From assembly GCA_963817385.1 (NCBI GenBank), contig CAWFOM010000005.1, forward strand, positions 96,001-160,000: DNA of 64,000 nt, written 5' to 3'. This document shows positions 11,695-22,358 of the stretch, in pieces. The notes under the pieces are model-generated. The model did no database searches. It worked only from the letters and a program-made list of their open reading frames with translations, and was not told where the DNA came from. Within the stretch, counting starts at the first letter, position 1, and the number at the start of each line of letters is the position of its first letter. A program made the position numbers and the translations under genes. Source of the stretch: an uncultured delta proteobacterium. Lineage in GTDB: Bacteria; Desulfobacterota; Syntrophia; Syntrophales; UBA5619.

Positions 11695-12495
11695 ATGAAA
11701 CCGAATGGAAAGATAAAACCGAACGTACAACGCGCGGACAAGGCAGGGAAAAAGGCGGCAGCGCTGCCCCTGCGGATATGGGCCATCGGCGGAGCGGTTT
11801 TTTTGCTCATCGTCATCGCCTGGTTTATGCTTTCGCCTGCGCGAAGGGAAGCGTCTCTACCGCCATCCCCCACCCGGGCGCCGGGAACCCTGAATCCCCA
11901 AACCAAGGCACCCGCCGGCTCACCGGAGGCCAGGATCACGGAGACACAGCTTGCCTTCATTCAGGCCGTCCGCCTGCAGCCCACCCGGCCCACCAGAATG
12001 GACATCCTGAAGGCGGAGGTCGAGGTCGCATCAAACGCCCCCGGAAAACTTGTCTATACCTATCACTGGAAGGTGAACGACCGGGTCATCGAGGATGCAT
12101 CGGGGGATACCCTGAATCTGTCGCCCTTTAAAAAACGGGATCTCATCACGGTCACGGTCACTCCCTATGACGGCAACACCGCCGGATTTGAGGTAGAAAG
12201 CCCCATGGTCGCCATCCACAGCATCCCCCCGTCGCTTGAACTGAAGGCTATGCGCAAGGCCAGAAAAACCGGGGAACCCATTGAGTTGCAACTGGTCGGC
12301 GTCGCTCCCGACGGCGAGAAGGTCGCCTTCAGCCTGGAGGCTCCCCATATTCCCGGCATGACCATCGACAAGAGTTCAGGAAAGATCACCTGGATCCTCG
12401 AACCGGGGCAGAAAGGATCGTTGCGCTTTGGCGCCGCCGTCGAGGATGATAACGGGACAAAGATCGCAAGAATCTTCGATGTCACCGTAGATTAG
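11695..12495 (+). CDS. membrane-anchored protein with Ig-like beta domains
   Basis: RBS AGGAG; one TM helix; YTYHWKVND..., VTVTPYDG, GMTIDKSSGKITW (Ig-like pattern). Confidence 0.65.
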   Translation: MKPNGKIKPNVQRADKAGKKAAALPLRIWAIGGAVFLLIVIAWFMLSPARREASLPPSPTRAPGTLNPQTKAPAGSPEARITETQLAFIQAVRLQPTRPTRMDILKAEVEVASNAPGKLVYTYHWKVNDRVIEDASGDTLNLSPFKKRDLITVTVTPYDGNTAGFEVESPMVAIHSIPPSLELKAMRKARKTGEPIELQLVGVAPDGEKVAFSLEAPHIPGMTIDKSSGKITWILEPGQKGSLRFGAAVEDDNGTKIARIFDVTVD

Positions 12496-12529
12496 TCAAG
12501 CAGGGGTAACCTTTGGATCTCGCCGATAG

Positions 12530-12952
12530 ATGGGGGAATGGGTTGCGCATCCGTTCAACATTATTACGGCACCGGTCATTTACGCCGGTTTCCTGCCGTT
12601 TCTGCTCCTTGATCTATTCGTTTCCCTCTACCAGACAGTCTGTTCTCGCGTCTACGGCATCCCCAAAGTTATCCGAGGCGACTACCTGATATTTGACCGA
12701 ACGGATCTTCCCTACCTTAATCCGATCGAAAGATTCAACTGCTTCTCCTGTTCCTATGCAAACGGATTGGCTTCTTATACGCGGGAAATCACTGCCCGCA
12801 CCGAACAATACTGGTGCCCCATCAAGCATGCCAGACGCATCCGCGCCGCCCACTCGCGGTACGGCAAATTCTTTGAGTTTGGGGATGCGGAAAGTTTCAG
12901 CAAAGGGCTGGAAAAGCTCAGACGCGATTTCGAGAACCATGACGCGAGATAA
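12530..12952 (+). CDS. conserved hypothetical membrane protein, possibly N-terminally truncated
   Basis: APVIY..., FNCFSCSYANG, RTEQYWCPIKHARR look like a conserved uncharacterised family. Confidence 0.55.
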   Translation: MGEWVAHPFNIITAPVIYAGFLPFLLLDLFVSLYQTVCSRVYGIPKVIRGDYLIFDRTDLPYLNPIERFNCFSCSYANGLASYTREITARTEQYWCPIKHARRIRAAHSRYGKFFEFGDAESFSKGLEKLRRDFENHDAR

Positions 12953-12957
12953 AATAG

Positions 12958-14008
12958 TTACTGAATAGCCCCTGTGGTCGCGTTGATGGTAAAGACTGAG
13001 ATAGAGTTATCACCTTCATTTGTCACATAGGCGAATTTTCCTGACGGGCCGACGGTGATGGAGGTAGGATTCGTCCCTGCGGCCACAGCCGTTCCGGCAG
13101 TCAACGCGCCGGTAGTGGTATCGATGCTATAAACCGAGATGTTGCTGGAACCCTGATTTGCCACATAAGCGAATTTTCCTGACGGGCCGACGGTGATGGA
13201 TGTAGGATTCGTCCCCGCAGCCACAGCCGTTCCGGCGGTCAACGCGCCGGTGGTCGTATTGATGCTATAAGCAAAGATGTTGTTGGAACCCCAGTTTGCC
13301 ACATAGGCGAATTTTCCTGACGGGTCGACAGTGACGGAGGCAGGATTCGTCCCTGCAGCTAGCAGCCGTTCCGGCGGTCAACGCGCCGGTAATGGTATTG
13401 ATGCTATAAACCGAGATATTATTGGAACCCCAATTTGCCGCATAAGCGAATTTTCCTGACGGGTCGACGGCGATGGACGTAGGATTCGTTCCCGCAGCCA
13501 CAACCGTTCCGGCGGTCAACGCGCCGGTGGTCGTATTGATGGAATAAACAGAGATAGTGTGATCACCCTCATTTGCCGCATAAGCGAATTTTCCTGACGG
13601 GTCAACGGTGACGGAAGCTGGATTTGTCCCTGCAGCCACAGCCGTTCCGGCGGTCAACGCGCCGGTGGTCGCATTGATGCTATAAACCGAGACGTTGTTG
13701 GAACCCCAATTTGCCGCATAAGCGAATTTTCCTGACGGGTCAACCGTGATGGAAGTAGGTTTCGTCGCTGCAGCCACAGCCGTTCCGGCAGTCAACGCGC
13801 CGGTGGCGGTATCGATGCTATAAACCGAGATGTCGTTGGAACCCCAATTCGCCACATAGGCGAATTTTCCTGACGGGGCAATGGTAATACATTCTGGAGC
13901 GGTCCCTGTAGCCACTATCGGTGAGGTGCTGTCGCCGCCACTTCCGCACGCAGTCATCGCTATTACAAGAAAAAGGGCCAACGCCGATAATCTCAATTCC
14001 ACCTTCAT
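12958..14008 (-). CDS. lipoprotein, 7-bladed beta-propeller (lactonase-like fold), frameshifted near 13361
   Basis: Lipobox IAMTAC after RBS AGGAG; 46-aa repeats PSGKFAYVAN..SN.ISVYSI.T.TGALT; split into ORFs 13265..14053 and 12958..13302. Confidence 0.8.
12960..13900. repeat. seven tandem ~138-bp coding repeats
   Basis: Anchor gcgaattttcctgacggg at 13031, 13169, 13307, 13446, 13584, 13722 and 13860 (spacing 138 except one 139). Confidence 0.95.
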
Positions 14009-14370
14009 AAAAAATCTCCTTTTTTGATCCTTGAGTGAATTGCCTCCTATCATATATCTCTAATATCTCCAAATTTCAAAAGGATCATTGACCATACGTT
14101 GCCATATTGCTATCACAATTCTTATCAGGACTACAATATAAATCAGTGGTATGAATCCCAGGGAAAGCCCCGGCCCTTGTTATGCGGGAAGCTGCCGGGT
14201 AGTTATTCGTTTTAATAGATGTGACCTCTCACTATCCTTACAATCAATAGACATTGTTATCGGCCCAGTTTACAAATAAGATACCACCAATCGTTTTCCA
14301 TCATTATCAATGAACAGAAGAGCTTTAAACTCATGATCCCAGAAAAATAGCGGTTTATGGAGATGACAAC

Positions 14371-14544
14371 ATGACTAACATAGACAAGTTGGATGATGAC
14401 ATGGTTTTAGAGATTGCTCAGAATATGGGATATGATTCAAAGAAATCAAAGGAGCTAAAGAAGTATAAAACGCAAATTTCCGAAATGGATCTATGGGACA
14501 TATCCAAAATCCTCTTCTTTGGAAGGACATGGGAACAATATTAA
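14371..14544 (+). CDS. small AT-rich hypothetical protein (57 aa)
   Basis: GGAG RBS, then MTNIDKLDDDMVLEIAQNMGYDSKKSKELKKYKTQISEMDLWDISKILFFGRTWEQY*; absent from the ORF track. Confidence 0.4.
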   Translation: MTNIDKLDDDMVLEIAQNMGYDSKKSKELKKYKTQISEMDLWDISKILFFGRTWEQY

Positions 14545-14630
14545 TTATTACTCCGGGAACAAAGCATATAAATTCTTATCACCCATTTACCTCAACCCTG
14601 CATTCATCCCGTCTCGGGACATCACGGCCA

Positions 14631-15998
14631 TCATCGCCAAAAAAAAGGGGGCATGATCTCATTCGGGTCCAGCATATTTTTCATGCGCTTTATAAAATCA
14701 CGATAACCCGGATCGAGTTTTTCGGTCAGAACGGGCAGAAAATCCGTTCCCACCCGGTGAGGGACGGCACCGACCCGGATCAGGGCTTCCATCAGATCTC
14801 TCGCTTGGGCCAGCGCCTTCCCCCTGCTTTCCGGCCGGGCGGTCTCCCAGGGAATGCTGGCGTGGGCCAGCAAGACAGATCCGCCGAAAGGGTACCCGCG
14901 CAGCTTCAGACTGAGGCCATGCTTTTCCCCGAACGCTTCGGCAATGGAAAAGGCTTCCATCACCCGATCGAAAGGTACCATCGCCACGATCATGATCCTT
15001 TGCCCTCTGCCCAGCCCTGCGGCCGGAAAAGACCCGTACCGGCCTGCCCACCATTCGGGAAGATCATCCTCGACAACCTTTCCGCCCTGTTCTCTGCTAA
15101 AATCGCAGGCCTTGGCCATGTGCCTCTGCACATCCGTTTGGTCTCCTTCCGCCCGGAGAACCAGGAGGAGTTGAATCGCCTCGGGGAGTGATTCCTTCAG
15201 CCGGGGGATCGCGGCCAGGAGCATTTCCTTGGGCACGAGACGCTGTTCAATGAGGGTGGAGATCCCTCCACCCCGCTGTGCCTGTTGAAATCTGCGCAAC
15301 GTATTGACGGCCGCCTGCACATCCGGGAAACCGGCAACTCTCGTGAGCGAGACTTCCGGCTGCCGGTATATTTTCAGGGAGGCTTCGGTGATTACCCCGA
15401 ACACCCCCTCCGATCCGAGGAAGATACCCGTCAGGTCTGCGGGGAAAAAGCGCCTGCTGAAACGGCCTGCGGCCGTGGTGACAGCCCCGGCGCCGGTGGG
15501 AACGATTTCGCCGGTGGGCAGGACCACCTTCAGGCCTACGATCTGGGTCGCCTGATCCTCGAATACGCTGCTGGTGTGGGGGCCGGTCCCCCAGGTCTGG
15601 ATGTGCCCGCCCATCGTCGCCGCCTTGCCGCTTTCCGGGAAGATCATGATCCTGCAACCCTTTGATCCCAGCGCCTCCTCCAGCGTACTGAAGGTGATGC
15701 CGGCTTCGACAGTGACCGTCATCACCTCCTCGTCGATGGTGAGGACCTCGTTCATGCGGGTCAGTTGGAGAAGGATTCCGTCCGCCGGCGGCCGCGTACT
15801 GGACCACCAGCCTGTTCCCCCTCCTTTGGGCCGGACGGGCGTAGCCGTCCGGTTTGCCGTTTTGAGGATGGCGGAAACCTCCTCCGCCGTCCGGGGCTTC
15901 AGGATCAAAGAGGCGTCTTGCCGAGAAACCCATTCCGGGCCGATACATTGGGAAAACTCCTCTTGCAGGCGATCGATTTTCTCCGCGCCGTTCCCCAT
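14631..15998 (-). CDS. FAD-binding oxidoreductase (GlcD/D-lactate dehydrogenase-like)
   Basis: KP.TAEEVS, PKGGGTG, VEAGIT, GSEGVFGVIT, K..LDPNEIM; start inferred at MGNGAEK. Confidence 0.85.
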   Translation of the reverse strand: MGNGAEKIDRLQEEFSQCIGPEWVSRQDASLILKPRTAEEVSAILKTANRTATPVRPKGGGTGWWSSTRPPADGILLQLTRMNEVLTIDEEVMTVTVEAGITFSTLEEALGSKGCRIMIFPESGKAATMGGHIQTWGTGPHTSSVFEDQATQIVGLKVVLPTGEIVPTGAGAVTTAAGRFSRRFFPADLTGIFLGSEGVFGVITEASLKIYRQPEVSLTRVAGFPDVQAAVNTLRRFQQAQRGGGISTLIEQRLVPKEMLLAAIPRLKESLPEAIQLLLVLRAEGDQTDVQRHMAKACDFSREQGGKVVEDDLPEWWAGRYGSFPAAGLGRGQRIMIVAMVPFDRVMEAFSIAEAFGEKHGLSLKLRGYPFGGSVLLAHASIPWETARPESRGKALAQARDLMEALIRVGAVPHRVGTDFLPVLTEKLDPGYRDFIKRMKNMLDPNEIMPPFFWR

Positions 15999-16488
15999 TC
16001 CTGCACCCTCCTTTTCCTGTCCCCAGCGAAAGCGCCCTAGGACGGACGCCTCCCTTTGCATGCACGTCCGGCTTCTCCGAGAACGGCAAATTTTATAGCA
16101 CAGGGAGGGCAGGATTTCCATTATCTCCTGATAGACAATCCGGACCGCCCGCGGCATCCGCCCCATATTAGTGTTGACAAAAGTCCGGCTTTTTGGATAG
16201 GAGGTGTCCAACGGAGGTAAGAGAAGAATCCCCGGGCAATAGGTAGACTATGCGGGAAGCAATATCGCGGCGAACCTTTTTACCGTTTTCCGCAGGATCG
16301 CTCGGGGCAGCAGCGATCTCCGGCCCCGAGCTGCTCATGGCCCAGCAGGACCATAGCTCTCCATCGCCGCCGGGGGAGCGGGAGCGTCCATTACGTCCTG
16401 AATGGAAGCGCTCACATCGCCATCAATCCATGATGGCTGGAAAATGGATCGCGAGGGCAAACGCGACTCGCAAAACCGGACAGAGATT

Positions 16489-17372
16489 ATGAAGCGATTA
16501 AATCCTTTTGAGTATCGTGAACCGAAGACCCTGGGGGAGGCGATCGAGATCCTCGCCGGCGAGGGACCCCGGGCCCTTCCCCTGGCCGGAGGAACGGACC
16601 TCCTGGTGCGGATGAAGCAAGGCACCATCACCCCTTCCCTCCTGGTCAATCTGAAAAGGATCGCCGGGCTCGACCGCATTGAGCGATCAAAGGCCGGAGG
16701 CCTCACCATAGGCGCATTGGCTCCGATTGCAGCGGTGGAGCGTTCTTCGCCCCTCCGGCAGAGCCATCCCGTCTTGATCCAGGCCGCGGGTCTTTTGGGT
16801 TCGCCTTCGATCCGCCGGCTGGCGACGCTGGGCGGTAATGTGGGCAGAGCCTCCCCGGCCGCGGATATGGTTCCGGCCCTCATCGCTCTGAAAGCCCTCG
16901 TCTTTGCGGAAGGACCCGCCGGAAAAAGGGAGATTCCGTTGACGCGTTCTTCAAGGGACCCGGACAGACCGTCCTGGCGCCGGCGGAGATCATCACGGCG
17001 ATCTTCCTGCCCGATCCAGCCCCGGCCGCCGGAGCGGCCTACGTGAAACTCGGCCGCCGGGAGGGGATGGACTGCGCCCTGGTCGGAGTCGCGGCCGCCC
17101 TGTCGCTTGGCAGCGATGGAAGGGCCGACGAAGCCAGGGTGGCCTTTGCCGCCTGCGGACCGGTCCCGCTCAGGGCCGGAAACGCGGAAGCGATCCTCCT
17201 TGCCGGCCCCCTTGATGAGAACCGCCTTCGGGAGGCCGCCCGGGCGACGGCCGGGGATTCCTCCCCGATCACGGATATGCGGGCGGGCGCCGGCTACCGC
17301 AGGGAGATGGTTGAAGTGTTGGCCTTCAGGGCACTGCGGGACGCCTGGCAGGCAGCCCGACACGCGCCTTAA
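16489..17372 (+). CDS. xanthine dehydrogenase family FAD-binding subunit, frameshifted near 16941
   Basis: AGGTDL, ATLGGN..RASPAAD; restoring one base gives EIPLDAFFKGPGQT...YVKLGRR...PITDMRAGAGYR. Confidence 0.85.
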
Positions 17373-17404
17373 GCCCGAGTAAAGGATTGGATTAGGATGG
17401 GACG

Positions 17405-17875
17405 ATGAAGACGACCATAGATCTGACGGTGAACGATGAAGTCCGGCAGGTGGAGGTGGAACCGCAGACCACCCTGCTGGAGGTTCTCCGGGAGAGTCTG
17501 CATCTGACCGGGACCAAGGAGGGTTGCGGTCTGGGCGATTGCGGGACCTGCATCGTTCTGGCGGACGACAAACCCGTCAATTCCTGCCTGATGTTGGCAG
17601 CAGACGCCCGGGGGAGGCGGATCACCACCATCGAGGGGTTGCAGAAAGAGGGGAAGCTGCACCCCCTCCAACAAAGTTTCATCACCGAGGGGGCGGTGCA
17701 ATGCGGCTTTTGTTCGCCGGCGATGATCCTCTCAGCAAAGGCTCTTCTGGACGAGAATCCCCGGCCGACGGAGGATGAGATCAAGAGAGCTCTCTCCGGA
17801 GTGCTCTGCCGATGCGCTTCCTACAAGAAAATCATTGCGGCGGTGCAGGCCGTTGCCTCCATGAAGAAGGGATAA
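17405..17875 (+). CDS. xanthine dehydrogenase family 2Fe-2S subunit
   Basis: GTKEGCGLGDCGTC, NSCL, QCGFC, LCRC. Confidence 0.95.
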   Translation: MKTTIDLTVNDEVRQVEVEPQTTLLEVLRESLHLTGTKEGCGLGDCGTCIVLADDKPVNSCLMLAADARGRRITTIEGLQKEGKLHPLQQSFITEGAVQCGFCSPAMILSAKALLDENPRPTEDEIKRALSGVLCRCASYKKIIAAVQAVASMKKG

Positions 17876-17876
17876 T

Positions 17877-20171
17877 ATGGAAACCGGATATATTGGAAAA
17901 TCCATCCCCCGTCTGGATGCTCTCGATAAGGTGACCGGCCGGGCGGTCTACTCCGTGGACGTGGATCTCCCCGGGATGCTTCACGGGGCGGTTCTCCGCT
18001 CCCCCTATCCTCACGCCCGGATCATTGAGATCGATCTCTCCGGGGCCCGGGAGGTTCCGGGAGTGCGGGTGGTCGTCACCGGGAAGGACTTTCCGTTTAC
18101 CCATGGGGCAATGATCAAAGACCAACCTTTTCTGGCGATCGACCGGGTGCGCTACGTCGGGGAGGCCATTGCGGCGGTCGCCGCCGAGACGGAAGCGGCC
18201 GCGCAAAGCGCCGTTACCCGGATCCGGGTACGCTACGAGGAACTGCCTGCGGTCTTTGACCCGAAGGACGCCATCGTCAAGGGGGCGCCTCTTCTCCATG
18301 AACATCAGGCCGATTATCCCCGAGCTCCTTTCTATCAGTGCGTTCCGGGGACGAATATCTGTACCATCCGGACCTTCGCCAAAGGAGATGTGCAGGCCGG
18401 CTTCGCCCAGGCCGACGAGGTTTTTGAAGACGAATTTTACATCCACGCCGTGGCCCACACCCCGATGGAAACCCACGCCGCCGCCGCCCAATATTCACCC
18501 GTCGGCGGCGATTACGTCGTCTGGTCGGCTTCGGACGGTCCCCACCGCCGGAGCAAGGAACTAGCCGATGCCCTGGGAATCCCTATCAACCAGGTCCGCG
18601 TCCTGACCACCTGCGCCGGGGGTGGCTTCGGTGGCAAGGGTACCCTCGTCGCAGAGGCGCTGGCCGTAGCTCTCGCTCGGTTTGCCGGGGGAAGGCCGGT
18701 CAGAGTGGTCTTTTCCCGGGAAGAAGAGCTGTCGGCATCGCAGACGCGTCACGCCGCCTATCTCCGCCTCAAGACGGGCGTGAAAAGGGACGGGACGCTG
18801 ATCGCCCGCAGCGCCGACCTCCTCTGGGACAAAGGGGCTTACGCATCCAAAGGCCCGGACGTCGCCTACCGAGGGGCCTTGACGATCTTCGGCCCTTACC
18901 GGATTCCGCACGTCGAGGTGCTGACCCGCCTGGTCTACACCAATAAGCAGATCGCCGGCGCCTACCGCGGCTTCGGCACGACCCAGGTGACTTGGGCCTG
19001 CGAGTCGCAGATGGACATCATCGCCCACCGGCTGGGTATCGACCCTCTGGAGCTGCGCCTGAAGAACTGCTACGTTGAAAATGATCGTTACATCAACGGC
19101 CAGGTCATGCGGGCCGTCGGGCTGAAGGAAACACTGGAGCGGGCAAGCGGGGAGATTGACTGGGGGAGGCCGAAGTCACCGGCATCGGGATCCGTGCGTC
19201 GCGGCAAAGGCATCGCGACCATGCTGAAGGGAACGGCGACCCCCACGACCTCGCAATGCGTGATCAATGTGAGCCAGGACGGGTCCATCACTCTCCTTAC
19301 GAGCGCCGTTGAGATCGGCGCCGGGCAGAAAACCGTCCTGGCCCAGATCGCCGCAGAGACGATCGGCGTGGACCCGTCCTCCATCGTCGTCCCGAACTCC
19401 GACACGCTGAAATCGCCTTTCGATTTCGGTACCACCTCCAGCCGCGTCACCTACCATAACGGTAATGCCGTGCGCCAAGCAGGTGAGAAGGTGCGCCGGA
19501 GGATCCTGGAGATCGCCGGCGAGATCTTGAAGACCGATCCGACCCGCCTCTCCCTTTCTTGCGGAAAGATCGTCGAGGAAGGTGTCGGCGAAAGGGCCGG
19601 ACTGAAAGAGGTATTGTCCCAGAAGTTCACCCGCGGCGGTATGATCTGGGAAGAGGGCTTTTACACCGCCTCCGGTTCCTCGCTGTTGAATGCCGATCCG
19701 GGATTGCAAGCCCTCAGCAGCATCTTCTGGATGTTTGCCACCCACGCGGCTGAGGTGGAAGTGGATATCGAGACGGGCGTGGTCAAGGTGCTGAAGATCG
19801 CCGCCGCCCACGATGTGGGTCGGGCGATCAACCCCATGCTCTGCGAACAGCAAATCGAAGGGTCGGTCGTCATGGGCCTCTCCAACACGCTCCTGGAAGA
19901 GTTCAAGCTGGAGAAGGGCCGCGTCCTGAACAACACCCTGGCCGATTACAAGGTGGCCACGATGATGGACCTGCCGGATATCGTGCCTATCATCGTGGAA
20001 GCGGGCCACCCGGAAGGGCCATTCGGGGCCAAGGGGGTTGGAGAGCCGGCGGCGGCGCCGGCGGCGCCGGCCATCGCCAACGCCGTCTTCGATGCAATCG
20101 GAGTGCGCATCAAGGAGCTGCCGATCACTCCGGAGAAGATCCGGGCAGCCCTGAAAAAGCGGACTGAGTGA
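17877..20171 (+). CDS. xanthine dehydrogenase family molybdopterin-binding subunit
   Basis: KVTGRAVY, GGGFGGK, AYRGFG, GAKGVGEP. Confidence 0.95.
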   Translation: METGYIGKSIPRLDALDKVTGRAVYSVDVDLPGMLHGAVLRSPYPHARIIEIDLSGAREVPGVRVVVTGKDFPFTHGAMIKDQPFLAIDRVRYVGEAIAAVAAETEAAAQSAVTRIRVRYEELPAVFDPKDAIVKGAPLLHEHQADYPRAPFYQCVPGTNICTIRTFAKGDVQAGFAQADEVFEDEFYIHAVAHTPMETHAAAAQYSPVGGDYVVWSASDGPHRRSKELADALGIPINQVRVLTTCAGGGFGGKGTLVAEALAVALARFAGGRPVRVVFSREEELSASQTRHAAYLRLKTGVKRDGTLIARSADLLWDKGAYASKGPDVAYRGALTIFGPYRIPHVEVLTRLVYTNKQIAGAYRGFGTTQVTWACESQMDIIAHRLGIDPLELRLKNCYVENDRYINGQVMRAVGLKETLERASGEIDWGRPKSPASGSVRRGKGIATMLKGTATPTTSQCVINVSQDGSITLLTSAVEIGAGQKTVLAQIAAETIGVDPSSIVVPNSDTLKSPFDFGTTSSRVTYHNGNAVRQAGEKVRRRILEIAGEILKTDPTRLSLSCGKIVEEGVGERAGLKEVLSQKFTRGGMIWEEGFYTASGSSLLNADPGLQALSSIFWMFATHAAEVEVDIETGVVKVLKIAAAHDVGRAINPMLCEQQIEGSVVMGLSNTLLEEFKLEKGRVLNNTLADYKVATMMDLPDIVPIIVEAGHPEGPFGAKGVGEPAAAPAAPAIANAVFDAIGVRIKELPITPEKIRAALKKRTE

Positions 20172-20288
20172 TATACGCGGAGGAGACAGAATATGCGATC
20201 CGGAATTCCAAATGGAATCCCCGGTTAAGGCGGCGTGGACCCAGGATGGAACAGGGGCGAGAAATCGTTGGAAAAGAGGTATTGACGC

Positions 20289-21284
20289 ATGATGAAAGCA
20301 ATTTTGATGGAACGACCCGGCCCGCCCGAGGTGCTGCGTTATGTTGATGTCCCCATGCCGGAGCCCGCTCCGGGGCAGGTTCTTGTCCGGGCACATTCCA
20401 TCGGCGTCGGGATGCCGGAGGTTCTGGTCCGGCGCGGCCAGTATGGCTGGATGCCGCCCTTGCCCGCCATTCCCGGGATCGAAATGAGCGGCGTGGTCGA
20501 GAAACTCGGCGAAAGCGTGACTTCGTTGAAAGTCGGGCAGGCGGTTTTCGTCTCGGCGCGCGAATTACCGGTACGGGGCGGCTGTTATGCCGAGTACATC
20601 GCGGCTGAGGCCGATGCGCTCTATCCATTGCCCGAGGGGGTTGATCTGGAAGCGGCCGCCGCGCTCTCCAACTACCAAGTTGCGTGGCATTTACTGTACA
20701 GTGCGCCGAATGGTATGCGTTACGAATCCTTTATGGCGACCGCCGCGGCGGGCGGGGTGGGCTCTGCCCTGGTTCAACTCGGGAAACTCGCCGACAAGCG
20801 TGTGATCGGGATGATCGATTCGGACGAGCGGGCCGCCTTCGTTCTCTCTCTGGGCGCCGATGGCGCGATCAACTATCGGACCGAGAGCGTCACCGAACGT
20901 GTGCGGGGATTAACGTCGGGTCGAGGCGTCGATGTGATCTTCGATTCCTTTGGCGGTCCGCGGTTCGCCGAGCAGTTTGAGCGTCTTGCGCCTTTCGGAA
21001 TGATCGTGTCCTATGGCTCTCTCGACGGCCCTCCGGACGGCGATGTGATGGGAGCCATTCACCAGCGGATTGCCGACTGTCTGGGCATGCGGATCTTTTC
21101 GATGCATGCGTTCGATCAGAATCGTTCGAAACGGCGGGAGGCGACGGAGGAGATATTCCGCCTGCTGGCGGCAGGCAAGATCCGACCGCCGATTTGGGCG
21201 CGACTGCCTCTCGCCGATGCCGGCAAGGCTCAAGCGTTCATCGAGAGCGGCAAGGTGCTCGGAAAAATCATCCTGAAACCGTGA
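20289..21284 (+). CDS. NADPH:quinone oxidoreductase (MDR family)
   Basis: GPPEVL, PAIPGIEMSG, AAAGGVG, GKIILKP. Confidence 0.9.
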   Translation: MMKAILMERPGPPEVLRYVDVPMPEPAPGQVLVRAHSIGVGMPEVLVRRGQYGWMPPLPAIPGIEMSGVVEKLGESVTSLKVGQAVFVSARELPVRGGCYAEYIAAEADALYPLPEGVDLEAAAALSNYQVAWHLLYSAPNGMRYESFMATAAAGGVGSALVQLGKLADKRVIGMIDSDERAAFVLSLGADGAINYRTESVTERVRGLTSGRGVDVIFDSFGGPRFAEQFERLAPFGMIVSYGSLDGPPDGDVMGAIHQRIADCLGMRIFSMHAFDQNRSKRREATEEIFRLLAAGKIRPPIWARLPLADAGKAQAFIESGKVLGKIILKP

Positions 21285-21354
21285 TAAACTGAGGGGGATT
21301 TCTCAGTTCCTTGCAGTATCGGTTTCCGTTTTTGGTTTTGCTTAGAGGAGGAGT

Positions 21355-22125
21355 ATGGGGCGGTTTGCAGATCTATCCGGTAAAGTGGCCATCGTAACCG
21401 GTGGCGCCGTCGGGATTGGCGGGGCGATCGGAAGCGCACTGGCCGAGAACGGCGTGTCCGTGGCGGTGGTCGACAATGACCCCATTGCCGCCGAAAAGAA
21501 GGCGGCGGAGCTCTTGGTTCTCGGCGCCGGATCCGCGGCAGTCGTCTGTGACGTCACCCAATCCGATCAGGTCCGACAAATGGTAGATGAAGTGGTGCAA
21601 CGGTATGGCCGCATCGACATTCTTGTCAACTGCGCAGGCAGCATGTTCGGCGGCAAAACGACTCTTACCGTGTCTCCCGAGGAGTGGGACAGCACCTTCG
21701 CTCTCTGCCTGAGATCCCACTACCTATGTGCGCGAGCCGTGCTGCCCCATATGATCGAGCGCGGCTGGGGACGCATCGTGAACATCTCCTCCGACGCAGG
21801 TCGTCTGCCGGTGCGCCTCACGAGCCCGGCCTATGCCGCCGCAAAGGCCGGGGTGATCGGCTTCACGAAGCATCTCGCGCTCGAGGTCGCGCGGCAAGGC
21901 ATCACGGTCAACGCGACAGTGCCGGGTACCACGTTCACACCCCGCACGCGGAAAACGTTCGCGTTGCATCCCGAAGAACTGAGGGAGCGTGAGGAGAGAA
22001 ACCCGATGGGCAGGCTGGCGGTACCGGAAGAGCAGGCAGGCATTGTCGTTTTTCTTGCCTCGGATGAGGCCCGCTACATCACCGGCGCAATCATGGAAGT
22101 TACCGGCGGCCTTTTGATGACATAG
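21355..22125 (+). CDS. SDR family oxidoreductase
   Basis: TGGAVGIG, YAAAK catalytic motif, NPMGR. Confidence 0.93.
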   Translation: MGRFADLSGKVAIVTGGAVGIGGAIGSALAENGVSVAVVDNDPIAAEKKAAELLVLGAGSAAVVCDVTQSDQVRQMVDEVVQRYGRIDILVNCAGSMFGGKTTLTVSPEEWDSTFALCLRSHYLCARAVLPHMIERGWGRIVNISSDAGRLPVRLTSPAYAAAKAGVIGFTKHLALEVARQGITVNATVPGTTFTPRTRKTFALHPEELREREERNPMGRLAVPEEQAGIVVFLASDEARYITGAIMEVTGGLLMT

Positions 22126-22358
22126 CTGGGTGCTGAAAAATACCCTGGTAGTCGTGCAGCAACGCCAATGGCAGGAGAGGCGGTATCGCAATAACATCGT
22201 ATCGTAATAACTTCTTGACAGACAGGGTTGCCCTTTGTATCGTATCCGTGTATGAGAGCAGGTTCTCATCAATTCCCGATCAAGGAACATCCCATCATTC
22301 ATGAGAAATTACTCGCAACCATCAACATAAAATAACATAAATAAAGGAGCGCATCACT

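Noticed and set aside
12960..13900. Regular repeat array as CRISPR or DGR template/variable repeats
   Set aside because: Repeats are contiguous, in-frame 138-bp coding units without spacers; no cas or reverse transcriptase gene in the window.
14155..14205. Possible c-di-GMP/GEMM riboswitch-like sequence
   Set aside because: Only a vague resemblance to one stem; the GCAAA/GNRA P2 elements were not found.
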